Shown here in pieces: positions 24,701 through 36,865 of a DNA stretch of 64,000 bases. Source of the DNA: Diadema antillarum (taxonomy: Eukaryota); the NCBI RefSeq assembly GCF_040938485.1, contig NW_027271431.1, positions 2,852,001 to 2,916,000 on the forward strand, given 5' to 3'. Both the position numbers and the translations under genes were made by a program. Within the stretch, counting starts at the first letter, position 1; every line of letters starts with the position of its first letter. The notes beneath the pieces are model-generated. The model worked only from the letters and a program-made list of their open reading frames with translations, made no database searches and was not told the origin of the DNA.

Positions 24701-27700
24701 GTTAATATATCCTGTTCTGTTTGCAAAAGGTCCAGGGGCCGTACGTACTTCAGATTCAGAAAATTCGCAACATTGCAGCTCCCAAGTCCAATGAGGATTC
24801 TTCTGTTGCTCCTCGCCTTCTCCGGCTTCAACTCACAGATGGCCATGTCACATGTGTAGGCGTTGTCATAGAAACGATTCATCAAATAGAGTAAGTCATG
24901 TATAAGATTCATATATACATTTTGAATTTGAAGGTGTTAATACAAGGACGTTGTGATGCTGATTATGTATGTAGCATCTACCTCCAATGTGATCTTTGTT
25001 GCCTTTTGAGATGTGCCGAGAAGTTGATGGCTACCATGCTCAATGCTTGCTTAGATCTGTGCTTAAATTTGCTGCTCTACGGCAAAATGATTGGATATAG
25101 AGTACAAATGTGTGATGTCAAATCACCATGGAAACTGGTTTTAAACAACCTCACCTGTCCTGGTGCTAGCCATGCTCGCACCTGATTCCAACCCAAGCTA
25201 TAACAAAAGACTGTGGCATCATTACTTCTGCACTCTATAGAGCAAGAATATTTACACATTTTGACTAATAGCAATTAATGTCTGGTGTTTGACAGCTTGA
25301 ACACTCCACCGGGCACCAAGGTCCTGCTGAAGGGAAGAGTGGATGTCACCAATGGGTTCATCATCCTCACTCCGGCCACTGTGAAGGTCCTCGGGGGAAG
25401 GGTGGAGGAGATGGTGGAGAGATGGGAACTAGCCAGGGTGAGTCAGACTTTGGTTTAGCTCTTGGCAAAACTGGAGCGTGTCCAAGACATGCTGCAGTTT
25501 GTTGGAAAGGTCTTAAATACTTATCTGCATATTGCCAAATGTCAAGGTAGGCATGTGATGTTGCTGGTATGTATCTTTTGCAACAACTTCCATTTATATT
25601 CCCATTTGCTTGTCTTGTTTGGTTAAGTGTATTTATGTCATTACTATTAAACCAAGTTGAAAAAAAAGGAGAAGATAATAGATGCCAAATACAATAAGGG
25701 AACACACTTACACTAGTGCATATTTGCTTTCTATGTATGCTTTCTATCTCCTTATCAGTAAGGAGATAATGTAAAAGTGGAAATTTTCGCGCAGTTGAAA
25801 TTTTCGCGCATTTCGCGCAATCAGAAACTAACGTGATAATAAAAGCACGCGAATATTTTTGCTTGCCATACGTCCCTGTGCGTGATGTCTTGATTCAGCA
25901 GAATGAAAAACACACGAAACTCTTCTGACCCGGCGAAGCGCGAAAAAATATCCGCTTTTACAGTAGTTTGCTTTCTATCTCCTTATCAGTAAAAACCTTA
26001 CTAATGGTTATTTGATGTATGATTATGAGTATGTATTAAAAAAATATCCCCACATGGTATTTTCAGCAACTTGCTCACCACACAAGAACAACTCAGGTGG
26101 AGGGAGCCCCGCCCCCTTGGGTGCCATTCGGACAGCGTCACAGAGTGCAGCACAGTGCAGAAAGCAGGCAGAGGACAGAGGGACCGGGTAAGTAAGGGAG
26201 GACATAGTTGTGGTATCAGGACTGGGCACTAGTCTCTAGTATCTACCAAGTACTCTGTTTCTGTGGAGATTCTAGTTACCTGTCCTTCACCAAGAGAGGT
26301 GGTTATGTTTTCATTGGTGTTTGTTTGTTTGTTTGTTTGTTTGTTTGTTTGTGTGTCTGTCTGCAAAATAACTAAAAAAGTTGTGAACGGATTTGGACGA
26401 AATTTACAGGAATAGTTGAGAATGACACAAGGAAAAGATGATTAAATTTTGGTAGTGATCTGCAAATTTGTATGGATGTTAGGAAGGATTTTAGATACTT
26501 TGGCAGGTAGGGTCAGTGAATTTGGGAGTTAATGCTGCGCATTTTTTGAGGTTTGCATACGTGCACTAAAGTGCGTGCTCTACGGCTCTAGTTTCTGCTA
26601 GGGCGACGCATGCTGTGCAGGTAGAAGTTGATGACAAAAGGCTTCTTTGTTGGGAAATTGAGCGATTGTCGGCATGCATCATACTTTTGGGTGGAAATCA
26701 CTGATATCTACGGAAGAACAAAATCAGTAGTGGAAATGAGCTGCTTGTTGGAGGTCTGTGCTCTCAGAGTGCTTCTCTAGTTTAACCCTGTCATTGCTGT
26801 TGCCACTCTGATGGTTCACAAAGTCAATAGCATTTTGATATGTTGGTCTTTGGAGGGTTAAAGTCTATGGATAGTCGCAGAAGTAAGCCAATATCAGGGT
26901 GCCCTCATTATTTTACTGATATAACATTCGATAGCGAATAGAGAATAGGTTATTGACGTGCCATCCCAGCTGTGATGATAAGGATAAAATATCATCCTCA
27001 CTCAGAGTGGGGCAGTGTTTTATTTGTGATGATTGATGGTATTCAACCCTACCTGTGGACTTGCAAATCCTTAAAGCAGTATGCTGCTTGTTGATATAGT
27101 CTGCACTTCCAGGCCATAGTCCATCTTTGCTTGATTGAACAATGCACATGTTATTTAAGTGTACACAGAAAAATCCTTGCCACTCTCTACTACAATCCAA
27201 ACTCTCTAAAAAAAGAAAAAAAAGAAAAGAAAATGGCCATATTGATTGAGGCTTTTAAACTGAGAGTTTGTTATCAAAATTAATGATTTTGCTTCGAGCT
27301 GCTTTTATTGCGACGGATTGACAAATTTGCCTTTCATCAGCGTCAATGCTGATTATTCAGTATTAAGAGTAATAGCCATGATAAACAGTGGGCATACATA
27401 CTTGGGCGGGATTTGAACCCAGGACCTTCTGATTACTAGACAGGTGTCATATCCACCAGACCACCAAGCTTCTGCCTGATAGCCAGTGATGGTTCTTATA
27501 TTACTGTAAAACGAGGAATGTTCTTGTGCATTTAAAAATTTCGCGAATTCCACAACAGCCAAGATTTGCGAAATTAAAATGCACATGAAAGTTCTTGTCT
27601 GCACTATATGCATTGAATGCAAGAGGTAACTCACGAAAATGTCATGCTGCGAAGAAGGCCGTTGGCTCCAATTCGAGAAAATTTTGTGTTTTACAGTACT

Positions 27701-30700
27701 TCTTTTGGCAGCAGGTTCTGCATGTATATTCAAAATATTGATTCTTGCATCAAGTTGTTTTTATTGCAACTGAGAGCTATTTGTAAGTCTAACAAGTCTT
27801 TGATCATGTGTACACAGGTAAGAAGCGTACACTGAACCTGGAGAAGAATCGAGAGCAGACGGACCAGGACCGAGAGTTTGAGGAGCAGCGGAAGGCGGCC
27901 ATCAAGGAACTGGACCAGGCTAGGGGCCAGCAAGGGGGCAAGAAGTTTGGTGGTACAGGGAGCAAAGGTCAAGATGGTGGCGGTGAGGCAAAGGTGAGAG
28001 GACAGGTGATGGGAGGATATAAGTCTGTCTGGCAAAGGTTAAAGGTCAGCACAGGTGGCTGCATTGTCAGTAGAGGGAAGGGGACTGAGGGGGAGGAGGA
28101 TTTGTTGACAGTGTTTCAATTACCCTTTTTAGCGTAAATTTTGATTGTAGTGTGTTGAGAGAGTAAAACATGTCAGACATAAGATGTGTTTTTCGGTTAT
28201 TTTCATTCTTTGAAAGATTTGCTTCTTTGTTGTACGTATGGATATTCTAAGGAAGAATTTATTTTGTTGTATTTGGGAGATGTTCAGAAATTTGTGACAA
28301 TGTAATACCTCTTCCACACCATTTGTCTAATGCAAAGCCTTCATTGCTCTGTCTTTTCATATTTTGCTTGAATCAAGGGCAGTTCTTTTTTTTTCATCAT
28401 GCAATTTCTAAGGTAATCACACAGACTTCATGGTGGTGTGTGTGAAGATAACACCAGTGTTTGGGATCAATTGTAATGATCAGTATTGGTTGCATTGATA
28501 TGCCTTTCGGTGTTGGAGCTCAATTTAAGGCAGTTGTTTGGAAGATAACGTCAGCACTAGCAGCGGACTTGACATCACCCAGTGTGTGTATCTCTGTATG
28601 CAGGAAAACTATGGAGGCAGGAGCACCCAGTCGGAGCGGCGCGGAGTGAGAGGTGGGGAAGGGAGACTCACTGACAGCAATAGGAACAACCAGCCCCAGA
28701 CAGTGTACAGAGAACTCTCCGTGGATGTGAGCAAAATACTTTATAAAGATGATTACTTCTTAAGTTCAAGTTGTGTCTGTCTGTCCTTGTGTGTGTGTGT
28801 GTGTGTGTGTGCATCCATGGCATAATTGAATGTGGCCTGTTGATGCAGGACTGTAAGGCTTTCGTATACTCCTGGCATAAATGACAGATCCACCGCCTGA
28901 TTTCTGTCATTTATTTTAACTGCAGAAGCGTTATTGTTATCAACCAGGCTCATGTTACTATCCATGATGAGTACTGTAGGGTGACTGCACTTGTGTACAA
29001 CAGCAGCAACAAAAGTATATTACATAACCCAATGACTACACCACAATGCATAATTAAAAAAAAATTAAAAAAATCAACGAGTGCATGTATCGTTAGCAGA
29101 AATGAAAGCATGTTTTCCTGCATCTCGTTGGAGATATATGATAGGCGTACGTCCTCATCAGGATATCATCGCCAACAACCGAAATGAATGTACAAATAAT
29201 TCTTGTTGGCAGCCATGTCTGTACAAAGTGGTTGATGGCAGTTGATATCAGTCGTTTGGATTGTTGCATATATTTCATCATTTACGAAAATATATATATA
29301 CTTGTATATACTTTAACAGAAGAAAGTTGATGAGAAGTCAGTGTCTCAACTCATTGGAATGGGCTTCAGCAGGGACGCTGCCATAGCCGCACTCAAAAAG
29401 CACTCTGGGAACCTAGACGCTGCCATCGACTCCCTGGTGACCCCCAGCGGTACTGGAGGTGGCACCAGTGGAATGGGCACCAAGTCTGGCTGGTCCTCAT
29501 CATCATCCGGGCCTCCACAGAGGGGCAGGGACAGACAGGAGAGGGGTACAGGAGGTAGTCATTCTCTGGAAGTTTTTTTTTTTTTTTTAATAGAATCAGT
29601 TTATGTACGGAAAATGACCCTAGTGCAGAGTCCGTGATGAGAGTGTTGGAAAACTTTTGGAAATGTTGCTTCATTAGGATTCAAATGGCAGTGCCTGCTC
29701 GGTCCTTGTCGATGTAGCAAAGTGTAGCTCTTTCTGATTATCAAAACACTGGAAGAGAATGCTAGTCATAATGATGCAATTTATGTGTCTCAATCTTCTG
29801 GAAATGAAATTGTGTATATTGGAAAATCGCACGTGATTAAGGAAAAAAGGCTCTTTGTGCAGAAATGTAGCTCTTTGAGCCCAGTTATGCACAGCTGATA
29901 TAACATGAATGTAGACTACGGAAGTGATTATGGTCGCAACTATTTCTAGTCATGGTGCATTTGTGGCATGGTTGAAGTGATGAAAGGAATAGTTTCATAT
30001 TGCACTTGTATCTGTTTTGTGCCAGGAGGTTTCAAAGGTCGAAGAGGAAGACGAGGAGGGGACGGTGACGATGACGATGAAGCACCTTCACAGCCTTCGG
30101 CTCCCACGACGTTGTTTGATTTCCTGGAGTCAAAGTTAGGACCGTCGAAAGCAGAAGGTGAGCCACTGAGATACACATCGTCCACAGAAATGGGCAAAAA
30201 ACATGAGAATGTATTTTCAAAAATCAGAGCTCCTAGCATTATTGAATAGAGACCGACACTCGATAAAGGTGAGACTGGACAACATTTGGAAGAGCTAAGT
30301 TTGTCATTGCATGTATTACTTTTAAGATTGTAATAAAAGTATGTTCTTTGTTGTATATGTAGTAATCAAAACAGTTTGAGGGTTCTGGTGTTAAATAACT
30401 GCTAAGTTCCATGTAATTCTTTTGCTTGGTTAAGGTTAACAAATATCAGACAAGATTATGATGCCAGTTATGGTTTTCTCTTGTGTTTGATTTAGCCTTT
30501 AAACCCAAGGAAAATGAGGTGCAGGAGCAGCGTGAGCGCAGTGAAAGACCCAGCCGCTATGACAGGGATCAGGCAAAGTCGGGCAGGGAGGCTGGTGGCA
30601 GCTACAACCACAACGTCAGGGAAACCCCACCTCGCTTCCAGAAGCTGCAGGCCCAGAAGCAGGCCCAGCGACAGGCCCAGCAGCAAGGCGAGGGCTCCAT

Positions 30701-33700
30701 GGGACCCAGGGACAACAGGGGCAACAGGAGGGACAAGCAGGACCGGTATGACAGGGACGAGCGGCGGCGGGATGGGCGACGGAATAACGAGTGGACGAAT
30801 AACAAGGAGGACACATCTCAGGGATACAGGGGTGATGGGAATTACAAGAACGAGAGGAGAGACGGAGAGAGATACCAGGATAGAAATGAGAAGCGTTTTG
30901 ATGGACAGAGTAGGGGGAGCAGGGGAGATGCCTACCAGAACGACAGAAGCTACCAGGGGAGGGGTAACAAGTCTGACCGATACCAGACAGACAAGAGTTC
31001 TCAGGGTCTGGGTAGGAGTGATGGGAGGAGTGAGAACCAGGGCAGGAACTTTAACAATGACGTCTTTTCAAACAGCAGTAACCACCAGTCCAGGAACTAC
31101 AAGAGGTATGAGAACCAAGACAAGCCCAACAGGTTCAGCGCCAAGAATGAGGGAAGCTCGGAGAAGACGTACCGGTTAATGGAAAGGAAACCGGACAGTA
31201 AGCAGGGGCAGGACGGGGATCAGTTTGGCAGGAAGAGCAACGGCAGGGAGGAAGGGAACGACCGTGGAAACAACTGGAAGGGGCCTGACCAGGAGAGACA
31301 CTCGGGGAACAGCCAGATGTTCAAGGGGGAGTTTGAGGGCTTCAGCCAATCGCAGCCTTTCGTACCTCAGCAGCAATCTCAGCTGCAGACAGCCGCCCAT
31401 GATAGGGGAAGGCAGATGGGGAACAGCACCGGCCAGGTCTTGAACCAGCAACCTTCGGGTCAGTCCAAGACCATGGCAAATGGACCGGAGATCATCCCTC
31501 AGTCAACGGTTCCTCCAGTCATGCCATTCAAGGAAGGTGACCACTGCTTCGCGAAGTACTGGGAAGACAATGAGGTGGGTACAGGAAAATGTAATGTGCA
31601 GTGAGTAAGAACCCAAGATAGAAAATTTGATGTGTTAAGTCATTACGGTACTCTTTCTCATAGTCAAAAGAGCTTTTGCTCTCTAACTTTGCTTGTGCCT
31701 CATAGATTTCTAAGAAAGAAATAGCAAATGTTATGATTTCATGACCCCTTTCTCCCAAATGACACTATGTGATAGCGAGCTATGAATGCAATTTGTAGAA
31801 TATTTGTTGGTACTCTGAAGCATAATTACTATGATTATTATGTTATTTCATGACCCCTTTCTCCCAGTGGACACAATGTGATAGCTTGCTATGTATGCAA
31901 TTTGTAGAATATTTGTTGGTACCTTGAAGCATAATTACTAATACTAATCGAGTTTAGAGGACTATCTCTATAAAACAAATCAAATATTGGAAGGGAATGC
32001 TGCAAGGGTGTGGCATGGCTCTTAAGAGAAAGCAGTTGTTATTTTGCATACTTATGATTAATAAGTCAAATAAATCCCATCAATTCCATTCAATTCAATT
32101 CAATTCAAAAAATTATCTTAATGTGAGTAAGTTTAAGAGACGTTACATGCGACTGTTCATACCCAGGATGCATATTTCACTGTTTTTCCCTGAAACCTTT
32201 ATGGTGTGATGTTTATAGAGTGTATGACACGATATGACAGGATATCTTAAATCGTTGATGTAGCACACCATCCGTCAGTCTCTCACATCTTCTGTTCATG
32301 CGTCCTTTTCTCCCGTTTTAGTTCTACAAGGCCCAGATTAGTGGCATCCACCCGTCGGGTAAGACCTGCGTGGTGAAGTTTGTGGAGTATGGAAACTATG
32401 AGGAGGTCTTCATCACTGACATCATGCCAACGCCAGACCAGCCTTGGGTAGGAGGCATTGTGTGACCCTTTCTATGGTTTACTGTAAAACCAGACATTTT
32501 TGTACGCATGAAACTTTGCAAAATTTGCAAGGAGCCAGGAGTCACGAAAGTAAAAGGCATGCAATAGTATTTGTCTACACAGGGCATTGAATGCCAGTGG
32601 TGATTCGCAAAAGTTTCATGCTGTGAGAAAGGCCGTCACCTCCAATTTGTGAAAGTTTCATGCTGTAAATGTTTCTGGTTTGACAAACTCTTTTCAGTGC
32701 AGTGGTGCTATGTAATTCACTCTTCATGGTTATATTATGGACAGAACTGATAGACAAGTTAAGCAACTGAATTTGGTCATTAACAATGCTGGACGTGACT
32801 CGTAGCTTTGATTTTGTAACCAGATGAATGAGTGGGATGATTTATAACGCATGTTTGTCAAAGTGTAGTTGTACTCTGAGACTGGGAATTTGCGAATTTC
32901 ATGTAAGAAGACGATATACATACCAAGGAGAACTGTTGGATTATATGTTTTACACGTTACGAGTCTAGTTGTGTCATAGTGTATATGTTAAAGGTCCTGT
33001 TTACCTTTGGGAGCAGTGATTTAAAAAATTTTCAAGATATGACATTTAATGCATATGTGTAGGTCTGTTGTACCACAAAACATCCTGTCATATAAAATTT
33101 TTGCAATAAAGTCTAAAATATAAGGAGATATCTGTATTTTTTTCAATAAACCGTAACTGTAGACGGTTTAGTCTGGAAACATTATCATTATAACTATTGT
33201 TCCAAATTTGTATATTTAACAATACTTAAAGGGATAGTACAGTTTTGGTTGAGATGAGAATTTGGGCTTTTAAAGTTTTGCAAGATACCAGAAAACACTT
33301 ATGATATAGCACAGAGCATACCATTTTAAGAGCATTTCAAAGTTTATTTGATGAAAATCGGGTTTGGAATTACTGAAACATCCAAAAACAAAATAAAACA
33401 AAGTGATCGTTCCAAAGTGTGGGTCCCACACTTTATTAGAATCGCTCTTTTTGGATATCTCAGCCATTTCAAAACCAATTTTTATCAAATAAACGTTGAA
33501 TTCCTCATAGAATTGCATCTCTCTCATATTTCGTATGAGATTTCTTATTATCTCACCTAAAAATGTTAGAAACCTGAAATTAGGTCTCAACCAGTACTGT
33601 ACAGTCCCTTTAACATCGATTTTACCCATTCAAATTTTTATAGTGGTTGTTTCTATCCCTAACTAACATTTTAGAACCATTTTAAAGCATTAATGCTGGG

Positions 33701-34184
33701 TTTTTGTTTTATCTGCAAAATAGCACATTATGCCCTTAAAAAAAAAAAAAATTGATTAGAAGATGATTTATATTGCCAGTAGCCAAGACACTCTATGTAG
33801 ATTTGCTGACCTCCATTTTTGTCCTCACAACCCTGAATTTCTCCCCTGCAGACAGAGCCACCTCCTCCTATAGCTTCGGTTCACCAGCAGCAGCCGTTCC
33901 TCCAAGCAGCCCCGCCCTTCCCCCAGGCCTTCCAGCAGGCTCAGGCTCCGCAAATGGTCCCCGGCCAGGCCGCAATGTCACCCCATCCCGACTACGGCAA
34001 CTTCGAAGTTCCTGTGAACATGACGCTTGAGTTCCGCAAAGGCGGCGACGGGCCGTTCATCAACAGGCAGGCCCAGGACCAGGGCGGGTTCCGAATCGAG
34101 AGGCGGGATCAGGGGGGTTACAGGATGGAGAGGCGGAACCAGAGACCGGCCCAGAACTTCTACCAGCCTCCTCCCAGGAGATGA
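18723..34184 (+). CDS. TDRD3: Tudor domain-containing protein 3 (OB fold, UBA, low-complexity linker, Tudor, EJC-binding motif), ~933 aa. Exons: 18723-18754, 23579-23663, 24087-24152, 24730-24890, 25296-25437, 26067-26187, 27818-27993, 28604-28726, 29320-29545 (alternative donor 29554), 30026-30157, 30496-31574, 32322-32447, 33852-34184
   Basis: All 12 introns are GT-AG with consistent phases. Diagnostic motifs: [80 protein letters not shown], Tudor [10 protein letters not shown]|FYKA...[20 protein letters not shown], terminal [10 protein letters not shown]. Confidence 0.96.
19565..21075 (-). mobile_element. 5'-truncated CR1-clade LINE in TDRD3 intron 1, frameshifted RT
   Basis: [44 protein letters not shown] and C-terminal RGHPFKL...[10 protein letters not shown]. 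Frameshifts at ~21030 and ~20712 (extra A). (GAT)8 tail at 19565-19588. Confidence 0.93.
21295..21990 (-). mobile_element. Degenerate Rex1/Babar- or L2-like LINE 3' fragment
   Basis: Translates [17 protein letters not shown]...[38 protein letters not shown] with stops and frameshifts. Ends in AATAAAA plus (ATCTCTGA)2. Confidence 0.75.
23250..23520 (-). mobile_element. Possible ancient RTE-clade LINE remnant
   Basis: Fragments LQLGHH and [17 protein letters not shown] resemble the RTE ORF C-terminus; heavily decayed. Confidence 0.3.
25769..25965. mobile_element. ~200-bp CTGTAAAA-family MITE (Tc1/mariner-like) with rearranged left junction
   Basis: ATGTAAAAG ... CTTTTACAG-TA, with TTTCGCG-rich internal repeats. 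Confidence 0.7.
26276..26783 (+). mobile_element. Helentron-associated non-autonomous element (HINE/DINE-1-like)
   Basis: 5' TTACC...AAGAGAGGT, (GTTT)n microsatellite, core AAAAAGTTGTGAACGGATTTGGACGAAATTT, 3' GGAGGT subTIR, GTGCTC-TCA-GAGTGC hairpin and CTAGTTT end. Confidence 0.7.
27345..27475 (-). mobile_element. Older, CpG-decayed copy of the tRNA-SINE family
   Basis: Minus strand GGTGGTCTGGTGG (A box) ... GGTTCAAATCC (B box) ... AAGTATGTATGCCCA...TCATGGCTATTACT matches the 11721 copy. Confidence 0.7.
27504..27696 (+). mobile_element. CTGTAAAA-family MITE, TA TSD, CpG-decayed
   Basis: TA|CTGTAAAACGAGG ... TGTTTTACAG|TA; alignable to 46805-47011. Confidence 0.85.
31730..31945. repeat. Tandem duplication of a ~109-bp unit in TDRD3 intron 11
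   Basis: CATGACCCCTTTCTCCCA at 31740 and 31849; both copies end GAAGCATAATTACTA. Confidence 0.9.
32482..32684 (+). mobile_element. CTGTAAAA-family MITE, diverged
   Basis: TA|CTGTAAAACC left end; internal GTCTACAC..GCATTGAATGCCAG shared with the family; right TIR decayed. Confidence 0.7.
32992..33740. mobile_element. Truncated Kolobok-like element hosting a nested second element
   Basis: TTAA|AGGTCCTGTTTACC left terminus. The host is split at a TTAA (33226-33229/33610-33613). No matching right terminus found; right boundary approximate. Confidence 0.45.
33230..33609 (+). mobile_element. Kolobok-like MITE, TTAA TSD
   Basis: TTAA|AGGGATAGTACAGTTTTGGTTGAGA ... TCTCAACCAGTACTGTACAGTCCCT|TTAA (21/25 TIR match); second copy at 50528-50903. 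Confidence 0.85.
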
Positions 34185-36545
34185 TCGGCAGTGGCAACAA
34201 AGAAGAAGTAAAAAGTGCACCATGTCTCCTGAACATTTTTCTACAATAGACATAAAGCTGGATTGTGGGAAGGAGAAGTGGGGATGGCTAAGGGGTTGTT
34301 AAGTGACAAAAAATATATGGGATCATGTATTTGCTAGAAACTAAAGAAAAGTTTTATAGAATTTCTATTGCAATACCAACCCATCTTTTGGTTGTAGGCC
34401 GGAGGGTTTTTTTTTTATTTGTTTTTTTGATAGCCCAGTGGAAGTGAGTAATAGGGTTTGTTTCTCTCTCTCTCATGTTAGCCAGGATGTAAGTTGCAGC
34501 TGCATTACGCTGCTTCCACAGGAATATAATAATGGAGGGAAGAGACATCCAAGAGTATGTACCTTACAGAGAAAATGCCATCTCCGTCACTGGCATAAGA
34601 ACATTTAAACAAGTGTGCTTGAAGTGCCACAGGATTTATTTAACAACGTTGCTTGTTTCATTATTGCCATAGCAACACAGTTGTATCTACTGCTACATCT
34701 CCATGACTTACTAACGAGAATCAAAGCGTCCATTAGTGATAAAGCAGGGTAACAAGTTTAAAAATCAAAAATGCTAAATGATAACTGTTCATATTTGATT
34801 TTCATCATTGTATTTTCCAAAATACTTTAATTATGTAATTTCTTTCTTCCTGTTGATTTAGTAGTAACTCAAATTAACTCTGATAAATTAAGGGGTCACA
34901 TGGAATGATTTGCAATATTATTCCACCAATCATCTACGCTGACAAGTAACCCATTCTCTTTTCTTCAGATATTGCTGCATTTAGACATTTGCAAAGATTG
35001 CCAGTGCTGTTATTTCTTTGCCGTCCGAATGGAGTCGATTGCCCGGTACTAGTTGGGACAAAGTAGGATGAAAGTCCCGCAGGTGCGATCTGAATCCATC
35101 AATGTAATGGATCAGTAATCAACTCAAACAAGATATGTAGAAGCTATGTATAAAATTTGTTCTTATCTTCTTAATTTGTAGCATACTTCTAGGCTTTGAA
35201 GCAGTCTCTGATTTCTATAAAAAAACAACCACAAACCAAACAAAAATAAGATCAGCATTTAATAGTAAGTTTACTTTACAGGAAGAATTTCATAGACTGT
35301 GGAGAACTTGGCCATTGGAGATACATTTTTCCAAGACCCACATTTAGAGAGATGCATTTGTTAATTTTATTTTTGATAGCACTGTGCAGCATTGTAAGAT
35401 ATATTTTACAGTCAACCTTACCTAAGGTGAATCCAAAGTGATCAGAGAAAATCCTTTGACTTTCGAATTTCAACTTACACAATAGAATGAACACGTGTTT
35501 GTATGCATGTGAGGGAGGATATTTCTTCGACTTGGCCAATTTTTCGTCTTGTGAGAGGAGGACATAGGTGAGGTTGACAGTAATTTGATATGAATTCTTT
35601 TAATCCTGTTCTTCATCTCAACTGAAAATTTCATCCTGTGGAAATTGTTTCAAATTGCCAATGTGCCAAGACCAGTTACTGAACAATCTACAATCCTGAA
35701 CTACAAATGTATGCTTGTTTTTATCCAGATTTACGGCTTTCAGCTGACATGTTTTAAATTCAAACAAAGCTTCTGTCATTTGTGACATTGGTCAAATATA
35801 TATTTTGCCACCTCAGGGAAAGATTCTCTCTCTCTCTCTCTCTTTCATGTAACCAAATATGCTGCTTTATTACTTAGGATAATTTTGTGTTGTCATGTGC
35901 ATTGCTATCTCTTGGCAATTATCAGCATACAACTTGTAGTCAGCAGCAATGCAAACACACTTGAGATGCTGAAACCAGCATTAATCTCCTGGTGGACAGT
36001 ATTTTTTTGCTTGTCCACAAACAGCATTGTATTTTTTTTTTTTTGACTTAATTACTGCTGCTGCAGCTGTACTGGCTATACACATAACAAGTTAAACATG
36101 TGGTGAACATGTTTTGGATTTCTGCACATGTGTTCGATGCAATGTGCTCCAAAATCGATAATCACATTCATCTTAAAAGTACCAATGTGTACTTCACTAT
36201 GTTATAGTACATGTCTTTAAGATGTATTTCAAGATAATGCTTGATGCATTCATGGATAGCATGTTGTAATATCACGAAATGTTTGTCTCGCATAGCTCGA
36301 ATGCTGCTAGAATGACAGTGATGTTCTATCCCCCAAAAGTTGGAAAATAACCTGCCATACTCTCAGTGGCACTTCAAATTGATAGATATAAGAAAGGTTG
36401 GAGTTGAGCGCATGGGCAACTGGTGTTCTTTTGCTCATGTCACGGTTACTGAAAACACTAAAACAGTTGTGTAGTGATTGTCAGAAATGAGCCCGAGTTG
36501 CCACCCAGAGAACAACTTCTATACTCTACTCTTGTCCTTGACAAT

Positions 36546-36865
36546 AGGGAGCTTTAGATTTTGACGCGCGGACGTTTGAGCCGACGCTTGCGCTGGATGT
36601 TCTCTCCCTGCGTCGTGTGGAAAAGTAGCTTTAGATTACGCTGGGACGCAACTTATAAAAAATGAAATCGCGCCCCCATATGATCAGTGCATGAAGAAGC
36701 TCTCTACGTCACAAACTGTGCGGACGTGAAAATAGCCCAGTACGCGTAGTGAAAAACTCAGGCGACGCAAGCTAAAAATAGATTGACTTTACGCGCGCTA
36801 CTGCGCACGCTCAGAACATGTTTTTTTCCTTTGAACGTCTGCGCGTCTAAAATCTTAAGCTCCCT
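36546..36865. mobile_element. PIF/Harbinger-like MITE with 3-bp AAT TSD
   Basis: AAT|AGGGAGCTTTAGATTTTGACGCGCGGACGTT ... AACGTCTGCGCGTCTAAAATCTTAAGCTCCCT|AAT; CpG-rich. Confidence 0.85.

Noticed and set aside
30492-31451. Overlapping ORFs (221 aa on +, several on -) over the large TDRD3 exon
   Set aside because: Shadow frames of a GC-rich, purine-biased low-complexity exon; no independent splice signals or motifs.
33270-33629. 119-aa minus-strand ORF
   Set aside because: Lies within a Kolobok-like MITE; the second copy at 50.5-50.9 kb does not preserve it.
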